A stretch of 62,701 bases of DNA, filler included, from Asterionella formosa (lineage: Eukaryota): the NCBI GenBank assembly GCA_002256025.1. It is 4 parts of 4 records of this genome, joined end to end, with 100 filler letters (N's around TTAATTAATTAA, not from the genome) between each part and the next. Parts side by side here need not be neighbours in the genome. Positions count along the whole stretch, not along the records: positions 1 to 29,380 come from NKIB01001040.1; 3 more parts are not named here. The stretch is one strand, 5' to 3'. Made by a program: the position numbers and the translations under genes. Shown piece by piece: positions 1 through 12,444 of the stretch. Position 1 is the first letter of the stretch. Each line of letters begins with the position of its first letter. Under the pieces are notes generated by a model. The model searched no databases. It was given only the letters and a program-made list of their open reading frames with translations, and was not told the DNA's origin.

Positions 1-1419
1 ATGCTTTGTCGTCGGTTGCTGGTGGCAACATTAAGAGACTTGACAACCATGACGATGGTCCTCATGGATCTTATTGCATCACGCTCTCCTCCATAAAAGA
101 GCGGCGCGAACACCGAGAGTTTAGACTTGAATTTCACATTGGGTAAGTGCATCAAGGGCCACCAGTTCGAATTTCATTGTTTCTTCTCTAGGCTCGCTGA
201 TTATAAATCTATTAGCTCTATCGGAACACTTTAATGTGACGACAAAAAACGCATGTATTACATGAGAGCCTCTCTGGATAAAGCAAGTTAACCGTCCTTC
301 ATGCATCAACAACAACACCTCATGACGATTTTTTTTATGAAAAGATTCTGAATTTGTTTTGAAGAATATACTTTTTTCGGTTTGTATTCTCCGAAGGGTT
401 GCTTGCTTTGCAAAGGAATGGCTCTCCTCAGATGCTCTACCTATTTGACTTGACTAACACCCTCGATGATGTTTTTTGATTTCTACAGGGCAGCAACGGG
501 GACAACACACATTCTGCGTGTGTGAAGTGGAGTCGCCGTGCCTGGACATGGAGAGTTAGGTACGTCATTGTCTCGTTCTTGTCGAAGCTGGCCGCTAATT
601 TGCTACAGAGACTGGATATTCTACTTCTATAGTCCAACTTCTCCACCTGGTGAGCCAATATTAAATCCCACAAGCGGGGAATTCCAACCCACCGACCACT
701 CATTATGGGTTGACTTTTCCTACTCGTGACAAGCTATTTCTTTCATTGTTGGCAATTTCCTTACGTGGAAGATTGCCATGCAAGAGATTTGAATAATGAG
801 AATGGATAATGGGAGGATGCGAAATTGTGTGAATAATATTTCGCTCACTTCACTTTGTTTTTAATATTATTATAGTCTAGGACATTTTGGATGGATGGTG
901 AGAAAATGAATTCAAGGATCCCGAGACAACAATCTTCCGACAAGGAAACAGGAATATCATGAGTGTCCATGTGTCCAATCCCAACACTTTCAAAGTTTCT
1001 GAAGATTACATGTGGTAATCATTTTCCCACTATTCCTCGTTTGATTTGTTTGTATGTTTGTTTCTTCGTGCACCCCGGCCGCTATTCTGCTACGGAGGAT
1101 GGATTTTTTTCAATAATCCATATATTTATTTCCCTCCGCCATTGGTGAGCCAATATTCAAAGTTGAGCCGAGCAACCATAGGAATCAACCCATGAGAACA
1201 TACAATGGGTGGAGTCAACTGCTCGTGACATTTTTTCGTTTTTATCAGTTATTGTTCGTTGTATTGTCAAGATTCGTTTCTCCTTTGTTCGTTTTGAATT
1301 TCGCAAATTGTTTCGGAAGCGTGTGTTTGGTTTCGTTGCCATGTAAGAAGACAAGACTGCTTCGAAGTGAGTGGCATCATTTTTATGCAGAGAATAGTAT
1401 AGTTTAGTCTTATTTGCGG

Positions 1420-1857
1420 CTAATGAAAGGATTTAGTAGCATACATTTGATTGTAACGATCAATAACCTCACTAGTCGATCGCCCGGGTAAGTTTGCGGC
1501 AACCTTCTCCGCCCATCCACTTGCAGCAATGGAAGGAACATCGTTTGGAATATGCAGTACCAGCAAGGCTTCGAAGAGTGTCGCCTCCTCGGCGCTCCAT
1601 TCTTGCTCGACATGTGATCCTACTTTACTGCCTGTCAGTTCCTCGTCGTCAAAGTCTATCAGTGCCAAAAGATATCGTTTGGCATATGCTATGATATCAT
1701 CTTCACTGTACCCTAATTCTGTTGCAATCTTTGCAACAGCTTGACTGTCTTCACCGTGTCGCTCCAAACTTTCCACAAAGGCCATAAAACGGTCCTGTTC
1801 GGATCCTGTCTGCTGTTGTTCTGGGTCAACGTGGAAAGTTGTACTCTCCTCCGTCAT
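1420..1857 (-). CDS. Small SANT/Myb-like domain protein
   Basis: ORF with C-terminal EWSAEEATLFEALL...WAEKVAANLPGRSTSEVIDRY, a SANT/Myb pattern; first ATG at 1857; divergent from the next gene. Confidence 0.7.
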   Translation of the reverse strand: MTEESTTFHVDPEQQQTGSEQDRFMAFVESLERHGEDSQAVAKIATELGYSEDDIIAYAKRYLLALIDFDDEELTGSKVGSHVEQEWSAEEATLFEALLVLHIPNDVPSIAASGWAEKVAANLPGRSTSEVIDRYNQMYATKSFH

Positions 1858-2188
1858 TTTCTTCGTTTCTTGCACTTGTTTGTTTATTGTTAGCTTTGTA
1901 TCAGCGATTCTTATCTTTCAATATATATATAAAAATGATAATGCATCAAATATATATGGAGAAAATGCATGTTACCGTATTTTGTTTCATTTCGTAGACA
2001 ACCAACAACCATGCTCAAATGACATTACCTGTACACATTGTTCAACGGAGTTATGTACCGGAATGTTTTGTTTTTCAATACCACGGTACCTGGTCGATCT
2101 TGATATTTACGACCGTAACAGTATACATCATATACCGGTACTTTATTATTTTATAAAATTGGTAGACTAACTTACATTTGTGCTCATC

Positions 2189-3994
2189 ATGAAGAAGCCA
2201 GTGATTGGTGTTGGGATATCATTATTTACTCTCGTCGGGACATGCCAGATCACAGCGTTTGTGGTCGTTCCTACTAGACGTATACCTTCCTTAGGGAATT
2301 GCAAAACGTCGCAACGTTATGGCATTAAGGATTTCCTCAAAACAGCTCTTGGCAGGAAACCCCCGGACAACAATGAACTACCAACTACCGGTAGTGAGCC
2401 TACTACAAAAGAGGAATTGCCTACTTCTACTATCGAAGTTATCGATACATCACCACCACTTACAGAACCTTCGGTTAATCCTTTTTTGGTCACTAAACAA
2501 GTGGAAGAAGGTGAGCTTGTTTTGTTCGTGCAAGTCAATATATGCAAAAACGAATGTGATGTGCTTACTGAAAGTGATTTGTTTCCTATTATCAATGAAG
2601 CCTCTATTTGCATCATTGGAGGCGGAGTCTCGGGTTTGACAGCAGCTATTACAGCTAGCGATGCCTTGTTGAACAAGCCAGGTGATTTCAAAATCGTCTT
2701 GCTAGAAGCGACTCCCCATCTAGGAGGCAGGGTCCAATCCGATGTCACTGATGATGGATTCGTTTTGGATCGAGGATTTGCCGTTTTTATTGAGGAATAC
2801 CCCGCCGCAAAGAAAATTTTGGATATGGAAGCATTAAAACTTGGAAAATTTTTACCTGGAGCTCTAGTCAAATGTCAGGGGCAGGGCAAACTCGCCAAGG
2901 TTGCGGATCCCTTCAGACAACCGGAACAGATTTTCAATGCATTGATAGCTCCAGTGGGTTCCTTTGTGGATAAGATCAAGGTTCTGCCACTCCTGTATCA
3001 TTGCATATCCAAAGACTTGGAAGAAATTTTTGCCGAGAAAGAAATTTCAACCATGGAGGTTTTGTCCAAGCGATGGGAATTCAGCGAAGATATGATTAGC
3101 AAGTTTTACAAACCTTTCTTGGAGGGTATCTATTTGGCTTCCCTGGAAGAGCAATCGTCCCGAATGTTTCATTTTGTATTCAAAATGTTTTCGGAAGGAG
3201 CTGCTACCCTTCCAGCGGGTGGTATTGGAGCTGTCGCAGCACAATTGGCTAACAGAGCTGCTGCCGCTGGTGTGGACACAAGGACAAGCACTCCTGTGGT
3301 TGCGATCAAGCAAGACAAGGATGGCATGTTCGAAGTTGACCTGGAAGGAGGTAAGCACCAAATCAAGGCTAAGGCAGTTATTTTGGCAACGGATGGGCAT
3401 GTCGCGCAGAGGCTCATGAGCAATGTCGATGGTTTTGAATCTCTCGAATCGCTTCCAGAGAACCCTCAGCGTTCAGTTGGCTGTCTTTACTATGGGTTCG
3501 ATTCGGATGTGCCAATCAAGGAACCTATTCTCATTCTAAATGGAATAGGAGAAGACAGAGGAACAGAGGCATTTCCCGTTAACAATGTCTGCTTTCCTTC
3601 TGTGGTAAGTCCAGGGTACGCTCCCGAAGGGAAGAACCTTTGCAGTGTCACAGTTCTCAAGGAAGCCATGGAGATGTACAAAGGACGGGAAAATGATTTA
3701 GACGTTGCTGTTCGAAATCAGCTTAGCTCTTGGTTTCCTGAACAGAAAGCGGATATCCTCGAGACCTGGGACCTCAAGAAGATTTACTACATACCTAACG
3801 CACAACCTGGTCAATTCAAGGGTACCTTTCCAGCCAATGTCAATGGCGGTCGAGAATCTGATTCGTATCGCGACAAAAAATTACCGAAAGGTCTTGTTAT
3901 ATGCGGAGATCATATGGCTACAGCGACTCTCAATGGAGCATTGGAGAGTGGAGTGAATGCTGGCAAAAAGGCCGCCTCAAGGCTGACCGAATAG
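2189..3994 (+). CDS. Plastid-targeted FAD-dependent amine oxidase / phytoene-desaturase-superfamily oxidoreductase; probable in-frame intron 2511-2600
   Basis: Rossmann motif IIGGGVSGLTAA...LLEA...GGRV...DRG and C-terminal CGDH...LNGALESG; signal peptide ending TA-FV; GTGAGC...GAAG 90-nt intron candidate. Confidence 0.85.
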   Translation: MKKPVIGVGISLFTLVGTCQITAFVVVPTRRIPSLGNCKTSQRYGIKDFLKTALGRKPPDNNELPTTGSEPTTKEELPTSTIEVIDTSPPLTEPSVNPFLVTKQVEEGELVLFVQVNICKNECDVLTESDLFPIINEASICIIGGGVSGLTAAITASDALLNKPGDFKIVLLEATPHLGGRVQSDVTDDGFVLDRGFAVFIEEYPAAKKILDMEALKLGKFLPGALVKCQGQGKLAKVADPFRQPEQIFNALIAPVGSFVDKIKVLPLLYHCISKDLEEIFAEKEISTMEVLSKRWEFSEDMISKFYKPFLEGIYLASLEEQSSRMFHFVFKMFSEGAATLPAGGIGAVAAQLANRAAAAGVDTRTSTPVVAIKQDKDGMFEVDLEGGKHQIKAKAVILATDGHVAQRLMSNVDGFESLESLPENPQRSVGCLYYGFDSDVPIKEPILILNGIGEDRGTEAFPVNNVCFPSVVSPGYAPEGKNLCSVTVLKEAMEMYKGRENDLDVAVRNQLSSWFPEQKADILETWDLKKIYYIPNAQPGQFKGTFPANVNGGRESDSYRDKKLPKGLVICGDHMATATLNGALESGVNAGKKAASRLTE

Positions 3995-4318
3995 TGTGAT
4001 CTAGCTAGACAACCGTCAACACACGAGACACTTCATGAATGGACATTAATGAAACTTATAGCGCTCAAAGGAAAATCACACACTCCTCGTTACCTCCCTT
4101 CGTTGAGTTGTTGTTTCAATAATCAATCAATCAACACGAGTTGAAATAATCTCCCCATTTCTCTGTGATATACGCCAATAATGTGCACGAGAGGTAGCCT
4201 CCATTGGGGTTACTAGTATTGACTGGGTCTTGTTAGATATCTGTGTAACTTCTCTAGAATATTACAAAAATTGGTTGTGCTGCACTTTTGTTACTGTTAT
4301 ACTTCCTTACTAACGTGG

Positions 4319-5676
4319 CTACATATTTCCATTTTGTTCCAAGATAACATCTGATAGGACAAATTTTCCAAGTCTCTTACCGAGCACTAAATCCGTCAAA
4401 TCTGTCATCATACCAACCAGGTGGTCTTTAAATTCCGGCGTTACACAATCCTCGGGAGGCGCAGCGGGATTAACATTCACTTCTAAAAGGTAAAACCTCA
4501 TATCATCTGTCATCATAATGTCAAGGCCAGCAAAGGTAAACTTTTGAATATCAGGAGGATACTCCCCAGCTGAGTAGCCTACCCGTCTTGTACAGTCTGG
4601 CATGAGATGGGAGAATATTTTGGCACAAAAGAGTTCCAAGGCCTTTTGCTGGCCAGCCAACTCTTCCACGTCGTGCAGCAAGACGCGCTCTGTGGTATCA
4701 CGGAGTGCTCCATTGGTAATATGAGCATCTCGGTGTCGGGTGGTGTCTTCAATTGTGTCAACGGGGACAGGAGCAATCCTGACTTCATGTCGTGTAAAGA
4801 GGTACACGTCCAAAAGGTGGTTCTGATGAAGGCGTTCAATCGCTGCGGCGTACGTGCGTATGTGAAACTTGCGACGTCCCCGTATCAGAAGAGGAGGAAA
4901 AATTTCTGCTTGGAGGACTGCATTGTTGGGATGAACATGGATAGGGGTGAGAGTCAACGAATGGAATGGATTCTAGTGTAGTGTGCGAGAGTACCCAGTC
5001 ACCGGTGTCCACCAGTATTATACTCACCCCAGGATGGAATCCTTCCCTTATGAGCCATGACATTATCCAAAAAGTCGTCTCCTTCGTGCAAAGCCCGATC
5101 TCTATGCTCCTTGATAATTCGATACATTTCTTCCACAGACTGGACAAAGTAGATTCCTTCACCCCTGGAGCCCATTGGTTCCTTGAGGACCGCAAACTTG
5201 CTCGTGACTTCCGACAAGGCTGGCAGCTCCTTGAGCATATTGTGACATTCGCTCTCCTGAACGTCCCATTTAATCAAGACAGATGGCGGAGAAAACTGCA
5301 AATGATCAGCGCGGCAGCGCTGAAACGTCCTCACAAGTTCGTCCTTATCTTCCAAACCATCCAGGGCACAAGAACAGCCAAAGAACGCTGGACTGATGAG
5401 TTGCCCTTCGGTATCCAGCAATTCCAAGCGCAAAGTGCAGGGGGGTGGAACAGCCCTTTGTTTCCTTCTCCTGGGAGTCTCATCAACATGAGCTTGTAAT
5501 AACGAGGCTGACACCAAATCGTATTTGTCTCCCTTTTCCGTCATGCCTCCTTCGGCTTGCGCCACAATCTTCATGACCCACGTCCAGGGCGAGCGGATAG
5601 TGTAGTTCATGCTATCCGCATGGCGCGCAGGAGGAGCTGGTGGAGGTGGAGAGTGAGACTTGGTTGGAGTTTTCAT
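4319..5676 (-). CDS. Tubulin-tyrosine ligase-like (ATP-grasp) protein, 2 exons (5676-5028, 4917-4319)
   Basis: KEPMGSRGEGI, spliced WVLQAEIFPPLLI, KFHIRTY, GLDIMM...YLLEVNVNP; GT-AG intron 4918-5027 restores the frame. Confidence 0.85.
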
Positions 5677-6833
5677 GGTTGAACGGTTGATTTAGTTCGG
5701 ATTGCGTTGGGTTTGGCCGGTTAAAACAATAGAATTGTGTTCACAAATAACACACAGAGTAGCAGCTAAAAAAGAGGCAATTATTTGCCGTAATTATCAT
5801 CCCTATACCGGTAGGCACCTAAATAAATGAACGTGAGGCCAACACCAACGCTTTGGCTGTAATTTTGCTCATACTGTATGAAGTGCCAGATATTCCTACA
5901 GCAGTAGACTGACAACCTGGTACAGTACTCCTAACCAAGTACCGGTAGATGGCGGAGAACATCGTACACATGTACCGGTAAAGTACCGGGTAGCACAGCT
6001 CGCCCCTATCATATGAACCAGGTGGCTGGTACCAGTACCCTGGTACTAGGTACCAGGTCTCTAGCAGCACCAGGTACATTGCCTATGATGACGCACCAAA
6101 TGAAGTTAAAATCATTGTTATCATCTGCCTGGTCGAAGTGGAGGGACGCGGCTGGACGCACTGCAACATCATCTACGTTCGAATGCTTACCGGTATCGTA
6201 TCTTATGTTACCAGTCGTTCGTAGGAGCGAATCGAACATTCTACTACCAGTAGATATCGTGCATAGGCATGATTACTATGTACCGGTAGACTAAATTCCA
6301 TAAACATTCTGAAGCATTACATACCAGTAAACTTCATTATGATTGGATGCCCTACACCGGTAGACACGAAAATACGCACCCGCGTCCATTTCTACGGTAA
6401 GAACGCCTACCGGTAGTGTATGTGTTGGGATAAATAAAACGCACCTCACTGTTACCTGGCACTCAGCCACTGACTGCATGGCTGAAGGGCCTTTCTATCC
6501 ACTCATTCCTTCACAGAAGGAAGCTGAAATACCACGGAATCCTCGTCAACAGGTACCACTATTAAAATTTGAGATTTGATGAATAGCTTATATATGTGGT
6601 GGAAGTACAACACATACCCCACGGTGCACTATGTATATAGTAAATCCATCCTATCAGCCAGCAACAAAGAAGAATGAGAAAGGGATTTTGTTTCGTTGTT
6701 CGTTTTTCTTGGCTGATGTAAAAATACTCTAAAATTCATCATTATACATTCAGTAGTACGCCCAGCATCTAAAAGTCACTATTCATAGACTGAAGCAAAA
6801 TAATACGAAGCAGCCGATAGTCATCCAATCACC

Positions 6834-8207
6834 ATGGCTCCAAAGTCCAAGGTACAATCCAAGAAGCCAAAAGTTACCAAAAAGGTTACCGCGTCAGCAA
6901 AAGTCAAGACGCTAGCGCCTAAAATCACACTTGAAGAACTCGACGCCATTTCCTCCTCCGACGATGATGATGATGACGATGGTTATCCTGGAGAGAAAGA
7001 ATGGGATGCAGAAGCTCTGGCACTGAGACAAGCTATAAAAGATGGGGCGTTTGATCATTTATTAGAAAAGAGTAATGACGACGACGACGACGAAGACATC
7101 AAAGAAGTTTCCCTGGATGATGAAATGGAAGACGACGAGGACGAGGTGGCAGACGATTTGGCGGAATCAAATGAAGTAGATGAAGATGAGCCTCCAGATG
7201 AAGAAAATGACGGCGGCGACGACGACGATGATGATGACGAAGACGTTCAAGTTGATGACGAGGAGGAAGGCATGGATGAACAGGATGAGGACGATTCGGA
7301 TGCCGAAGCCCCAGTAACACCAGACTGGGGAAATGGCAAGGCCCTGGTAGCTGTGACGAAGGAACTAGAAGTTTCCAGAAAGGACATGCCGTGGGCAGAA
7401 TCATTCAGCATAATCGCCGAAACACCTCTTCCATTCGGAGTGGGAGCAGCAGTGGGAAATCCACTGGACGTACACGATGATCTCAAGCGCGAAGTGGCAT
7501 TTTACAACATGGCCCTGGAAGCAGCAAACATGGCAAGAAAATTGTGCCACGATGCCAACGTGCCATTTTCTCGGCCCGAAGATTTTTTTGCAGAAATGGT
7601 CAAGACCGACGGTGAGTTACTACCATTCGCTCCCTGTTGTGGTCCGGACATTGGTTTGATATCTCTACTCTTATTGTTGCTGCTGCCCATGTCACTGAAC
7701 CATCCATTCTCTCTCTTATGAAAACAATGTACAGATCATATGGCTAAAGTCAAGGATCGACTGATTTTCGAAACGAAGAAGATGGATGCTGTCGTTCAGC
7801 GCAAGTCGAACAAGGAGCAGAAACTCCGCGCCAAGGAAGCTCATGCGAACAAAATTGCTGAAAAATCCAAGAAAAAGAAAGAGCACTTCGCACAAGTTGA
7901 CCAATGGGCCAAGTCGGCTGCCAATCATCGAGGTGGGGCTCTTCAAGATGATCAAGATGAGGCCTATTTGGGAAAGATGCAAAAGCCTGGCTTCAAGCGG
8001 CAAAATGCCAACAAGAAGTTTGGGTTTGGAGGAAAAACTGGACGATTCAAGCAGAATAGTGCTTCATCCATAAATGACATGAAGGGATTTAATCCAAAGG
8101 GAAACTTTGCTGGAGGAAAGAAGGGTAAGAGTAGTGGCGGTGGTAAAGGAGGATCGGGTGCGGCGCGACAGGGTAAGAGGGCACGTGATGCAAAAAGATC
8201 CAAATAG
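6834..8207 (+). CDS. EBP2: rRNA-processing protein EBP2, 2 exons (6834-7611, 7735-8207)
   Basis: Acidic N-terminus; DVHDDLKREVAFY...PFSRPEDFFAEMVKTD|DHMAKVK; basic tail KFGFGGK; intron 7612-7734. Confidence 0.92.
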
Positions 8208-8839
8208 AGACAATAAAGTATGTAATTGCAATAGCGTTTGTATTCGGAATCAAATTTTTCATGGCACTGCTTAAGGGGTAGATTGCAAGTAATGTGAATT
8301 TGGAATGACTTGGAACTAGGTTAGATGGCTAGGCTTTGAAATGTCGTAAGTGTCAATGATTGTGCCGTGGTTGATTTTCCGACAACGGTAATGGTAAAGA
8401 GGAGAATCAACTATGTCATTGTACTCGATCGTACATACCAGTAGTTGATGAAGAAGATGAATAACTCGAATAATGCATGCCTTCCCTTTGGGTAAGAAAG
8501 GTTTTGCTGTGAGAGCTTACTAAATTATCATTTTTTCCTACGAGAATCTCACTTGATGGGTCGATGATACGGATTGCATTACACTGTTGTACATCACAAG
8601 GAAAAGAACTGCGCGGACAGAGCTTGTGTATCGCGCCTAATATAAAACATTGTGAAAGAGGCACTATATTTTCAATGATTTTGTTATTAAATGTTCGTCG
8701 TTGCTGTGCCAATGTGCGTCCATGCATGGCAGTCCGTGGCTGAACTTAAAAACAAATAAAAAATCCCTGCATAAAGCTATATGTGCGTCGCCTACTAAAA
8801 AGAAAGAATGGTGCCCAGAAACATTGAATAGATAGGCAT

Positions 8840-9782
<943 letters not shown>

Positions 9783-12444
9783 TGTTGATATGCTTTTTTA
9801 GTTTCTAAAGAGTTCCTAGCTGCGTCTTTGGGTCTTTGGCTTTTCGAACCGTTTTTAATTACAGGAGCACAGTAATAATTTTTGTCTACCTGGCTGTGAG
9901 TAAGCAAAGCGTTTTGGTTTTTTGCAAGCCAGCAGGTACCTTGTACCTGGTACCAGGTACTGTCCTCCGATTCGAGCATGATTTTGCCTGCTGCAACAGT
10001 ACCAGTACATGCAGTATGTAGTAATTGGGGTCTCAGAAGTAAGTTTGTATGGCACGTTCAATACACAGGTAGAAAAATGCGATAGAGCTTTCTACAATTT
10101 TGGCTGAAGGATGCGCAGCATTTTAAATTATATATTGAATATTTCAAAACTCAACATTAGAGATAAGGGTAATGATGCACACATGCTACGACCTGCGACC
10201 AACAGCCCAACCACAATAACAACGAAAAGAAGAAGCCGCAAAAGGCGATATGTATGGTACCTGTACCTGGTACCAGTAAGTAACTGTTACTACCAGGTAC
10301 CAGGGGTAAGCAATTTTAAGATAATGATCATGATTCTTTGGAGGTGCTGCCGGCCTGAGACTTGCTTTGTTTTGGAGCTGTATGTGAAGACCGGGAGAAT
10401 CTTCCCTACCAGTACATGTGTACTTCCAGGGTGTATTTAATTTTTATTACACACCTGTAAAATTATTACATAACCAGGTAGGAGTTGCAAATTGCAGTAA
10501 ATTTGCCCAAATGACGATTTCGCCATCACAGATATTAATGCCTGCTGATCCAATTTTAAAAGAAATACCGGTATGCTGGGTAGCTCAGACTATGGTTATC
10601 TTTCCTTCATGGCATGATTGTTCTGAGTACTATTATGCTGGAATTCAATCTGCCAGGAACTATTTCAGGGTGAAACTCATCCCCCCCCCCAATCCAAGAA
10701 AGGTTGGGTTTTTTACTGGAGAGTTAGATTCCATCAGGGTCAGAGGCACAGAGATCACAGAATATTTTTACCAACCACCAATGAGTGTACTAGTACATGC
10801 ATGTACATATTATGCAATGACTAAAATTGCATGGGACTAAATATACCAGTATATTGATGTAGAATATGTGTTATCACTACATTCCTGAATACATATTTAT
10901 TAGTACCATCTGTATACTGGTGAACTATTACAATACACATTTATGTATTGTTGATTGTTCTACATCTATGTATGCTCCTGGAGCATGATGTTTGCCAGTA
11001 CCAGCAGAGGTGGCAACATCATGCCAATGATGGTATGTCTATTAGTTGACAGATAAATCACGAATCATGAATCAATTGTGGTTTATGGCTATTTGATGTA
11101 TGACGGTTATGTCCAAACAAATCGGGTTCAGATTCAACAAGAAATCATGAAGATATGGTCACTGCGGTTGAGCGCCATTTTGCTTCCACCGATTTTCTAT
11201 TTTAGCCATTTTGCAATGAACATCAAAGCTACATGAACAATTGTTTCACTACTTGCTAGTGAGCAATATTTGTATTCTTTTGAAGAAACTTATGAAAGTG
11301 TTAAGCCATTGTACAACATTAAAAATTAAAAATCATTTGTTCATCATGCCCTGTTTAATGGTAATGGGAAATTCCTTGTGTTCCATTCATTGTAAATTAA
11401 ATGTATTAAACATGCCTGTTATGTATGTTCAAATGTACCACAGCCATTTGCACTATGAAATGCATGTAAATGAGAAAATTCAGTTACCGGAAGGACTTGC
11501 TTCTGTAATTTGTCCTCAATATTTCTGACCTTCCTAGAACAGATGGCACCAGCACCAGCACCAGCAGCTTCAAAGATGAGCTTCAATCAATATTGCTTAA
11601 CAAGCTTGGTCACTTTGTCAGCGAGAAAAAGCTTGTTGTGGTTTGATAATGAGATTCTTGAGTACTAGAGCATCGGCCATTTTGATGAACAAGATCAATA
11701 CGAACAACCAGAATGATGAAATTGTGTGATGATTTATATTGCTCTTGTGTGGCACCAGCACCAATTAGATTGCCTTCTTGCATCATTCTTGTAACACCTT
11801 TGTTTCTCCTTTACCACTGTTTTGTACTATACATGATTCACTGGATACTTTGTGGTCATTTCAGTTTCTGAGAGCTGGCCGCATGACAGGAATATAACAA
11901 GATGGTTTTTTGATGCAATGTGGGAATTCATGGTAGCATGTTGTTGCAAAGTCCATTATTCAACTTAATTGAAACATTGAATAAAAAGCATGAAGGCAAT
12001 TATGGCAACACTAGCTATTCTTGGAGGGATCTTACAATACAAATTCTTTTAGGGCTAGAATTAAAATGTAGAAGCTCCTTACGAGGATTGTCGAAATTGA
12101 CAAAGAACGTCCCTTACGATACATAAGAGCAGTTGCAGCATTTATCTTGTCAATATTTGTTGGCAAAAAATATATTTACTTCGAATTTTCTCTGGGGTTT
12201 TCCCCATGATCTAAGCAAGCTAATGAGGTGCCTTGTTGCTACTGAGAAACATGGCGACTGTTGCCTGCATTATGAATATTACTTTGATTGTCGACGAACA
12301 CACCTTCTTGGGACCCAGTGGTCAAAGTGAACTGCAATCCAGTCATTAACAATAGACATTCATAGATTTACTAATACCTTGCTGGTGCAAGTAGTGCGTC
12401 TGTTTACATTGGGGCTGTATGCAACAAAAGCATGGATATTGCCT

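Noticed and set aside
1..730. Possible gene fragment at window start
   Set aside because: Short broken ORFs with no recognisable motif
2317..2871. Antisense and overlapping ORFs here and within other genes (e.g. 41942-42400, 37280-37759)
   Set aside because: Shadows of the real coding strand
10400..12000. Possible decayed transposon between ARF1 and PPR
   Set aside because: No convincing TIR, TSD or transposase motif identified
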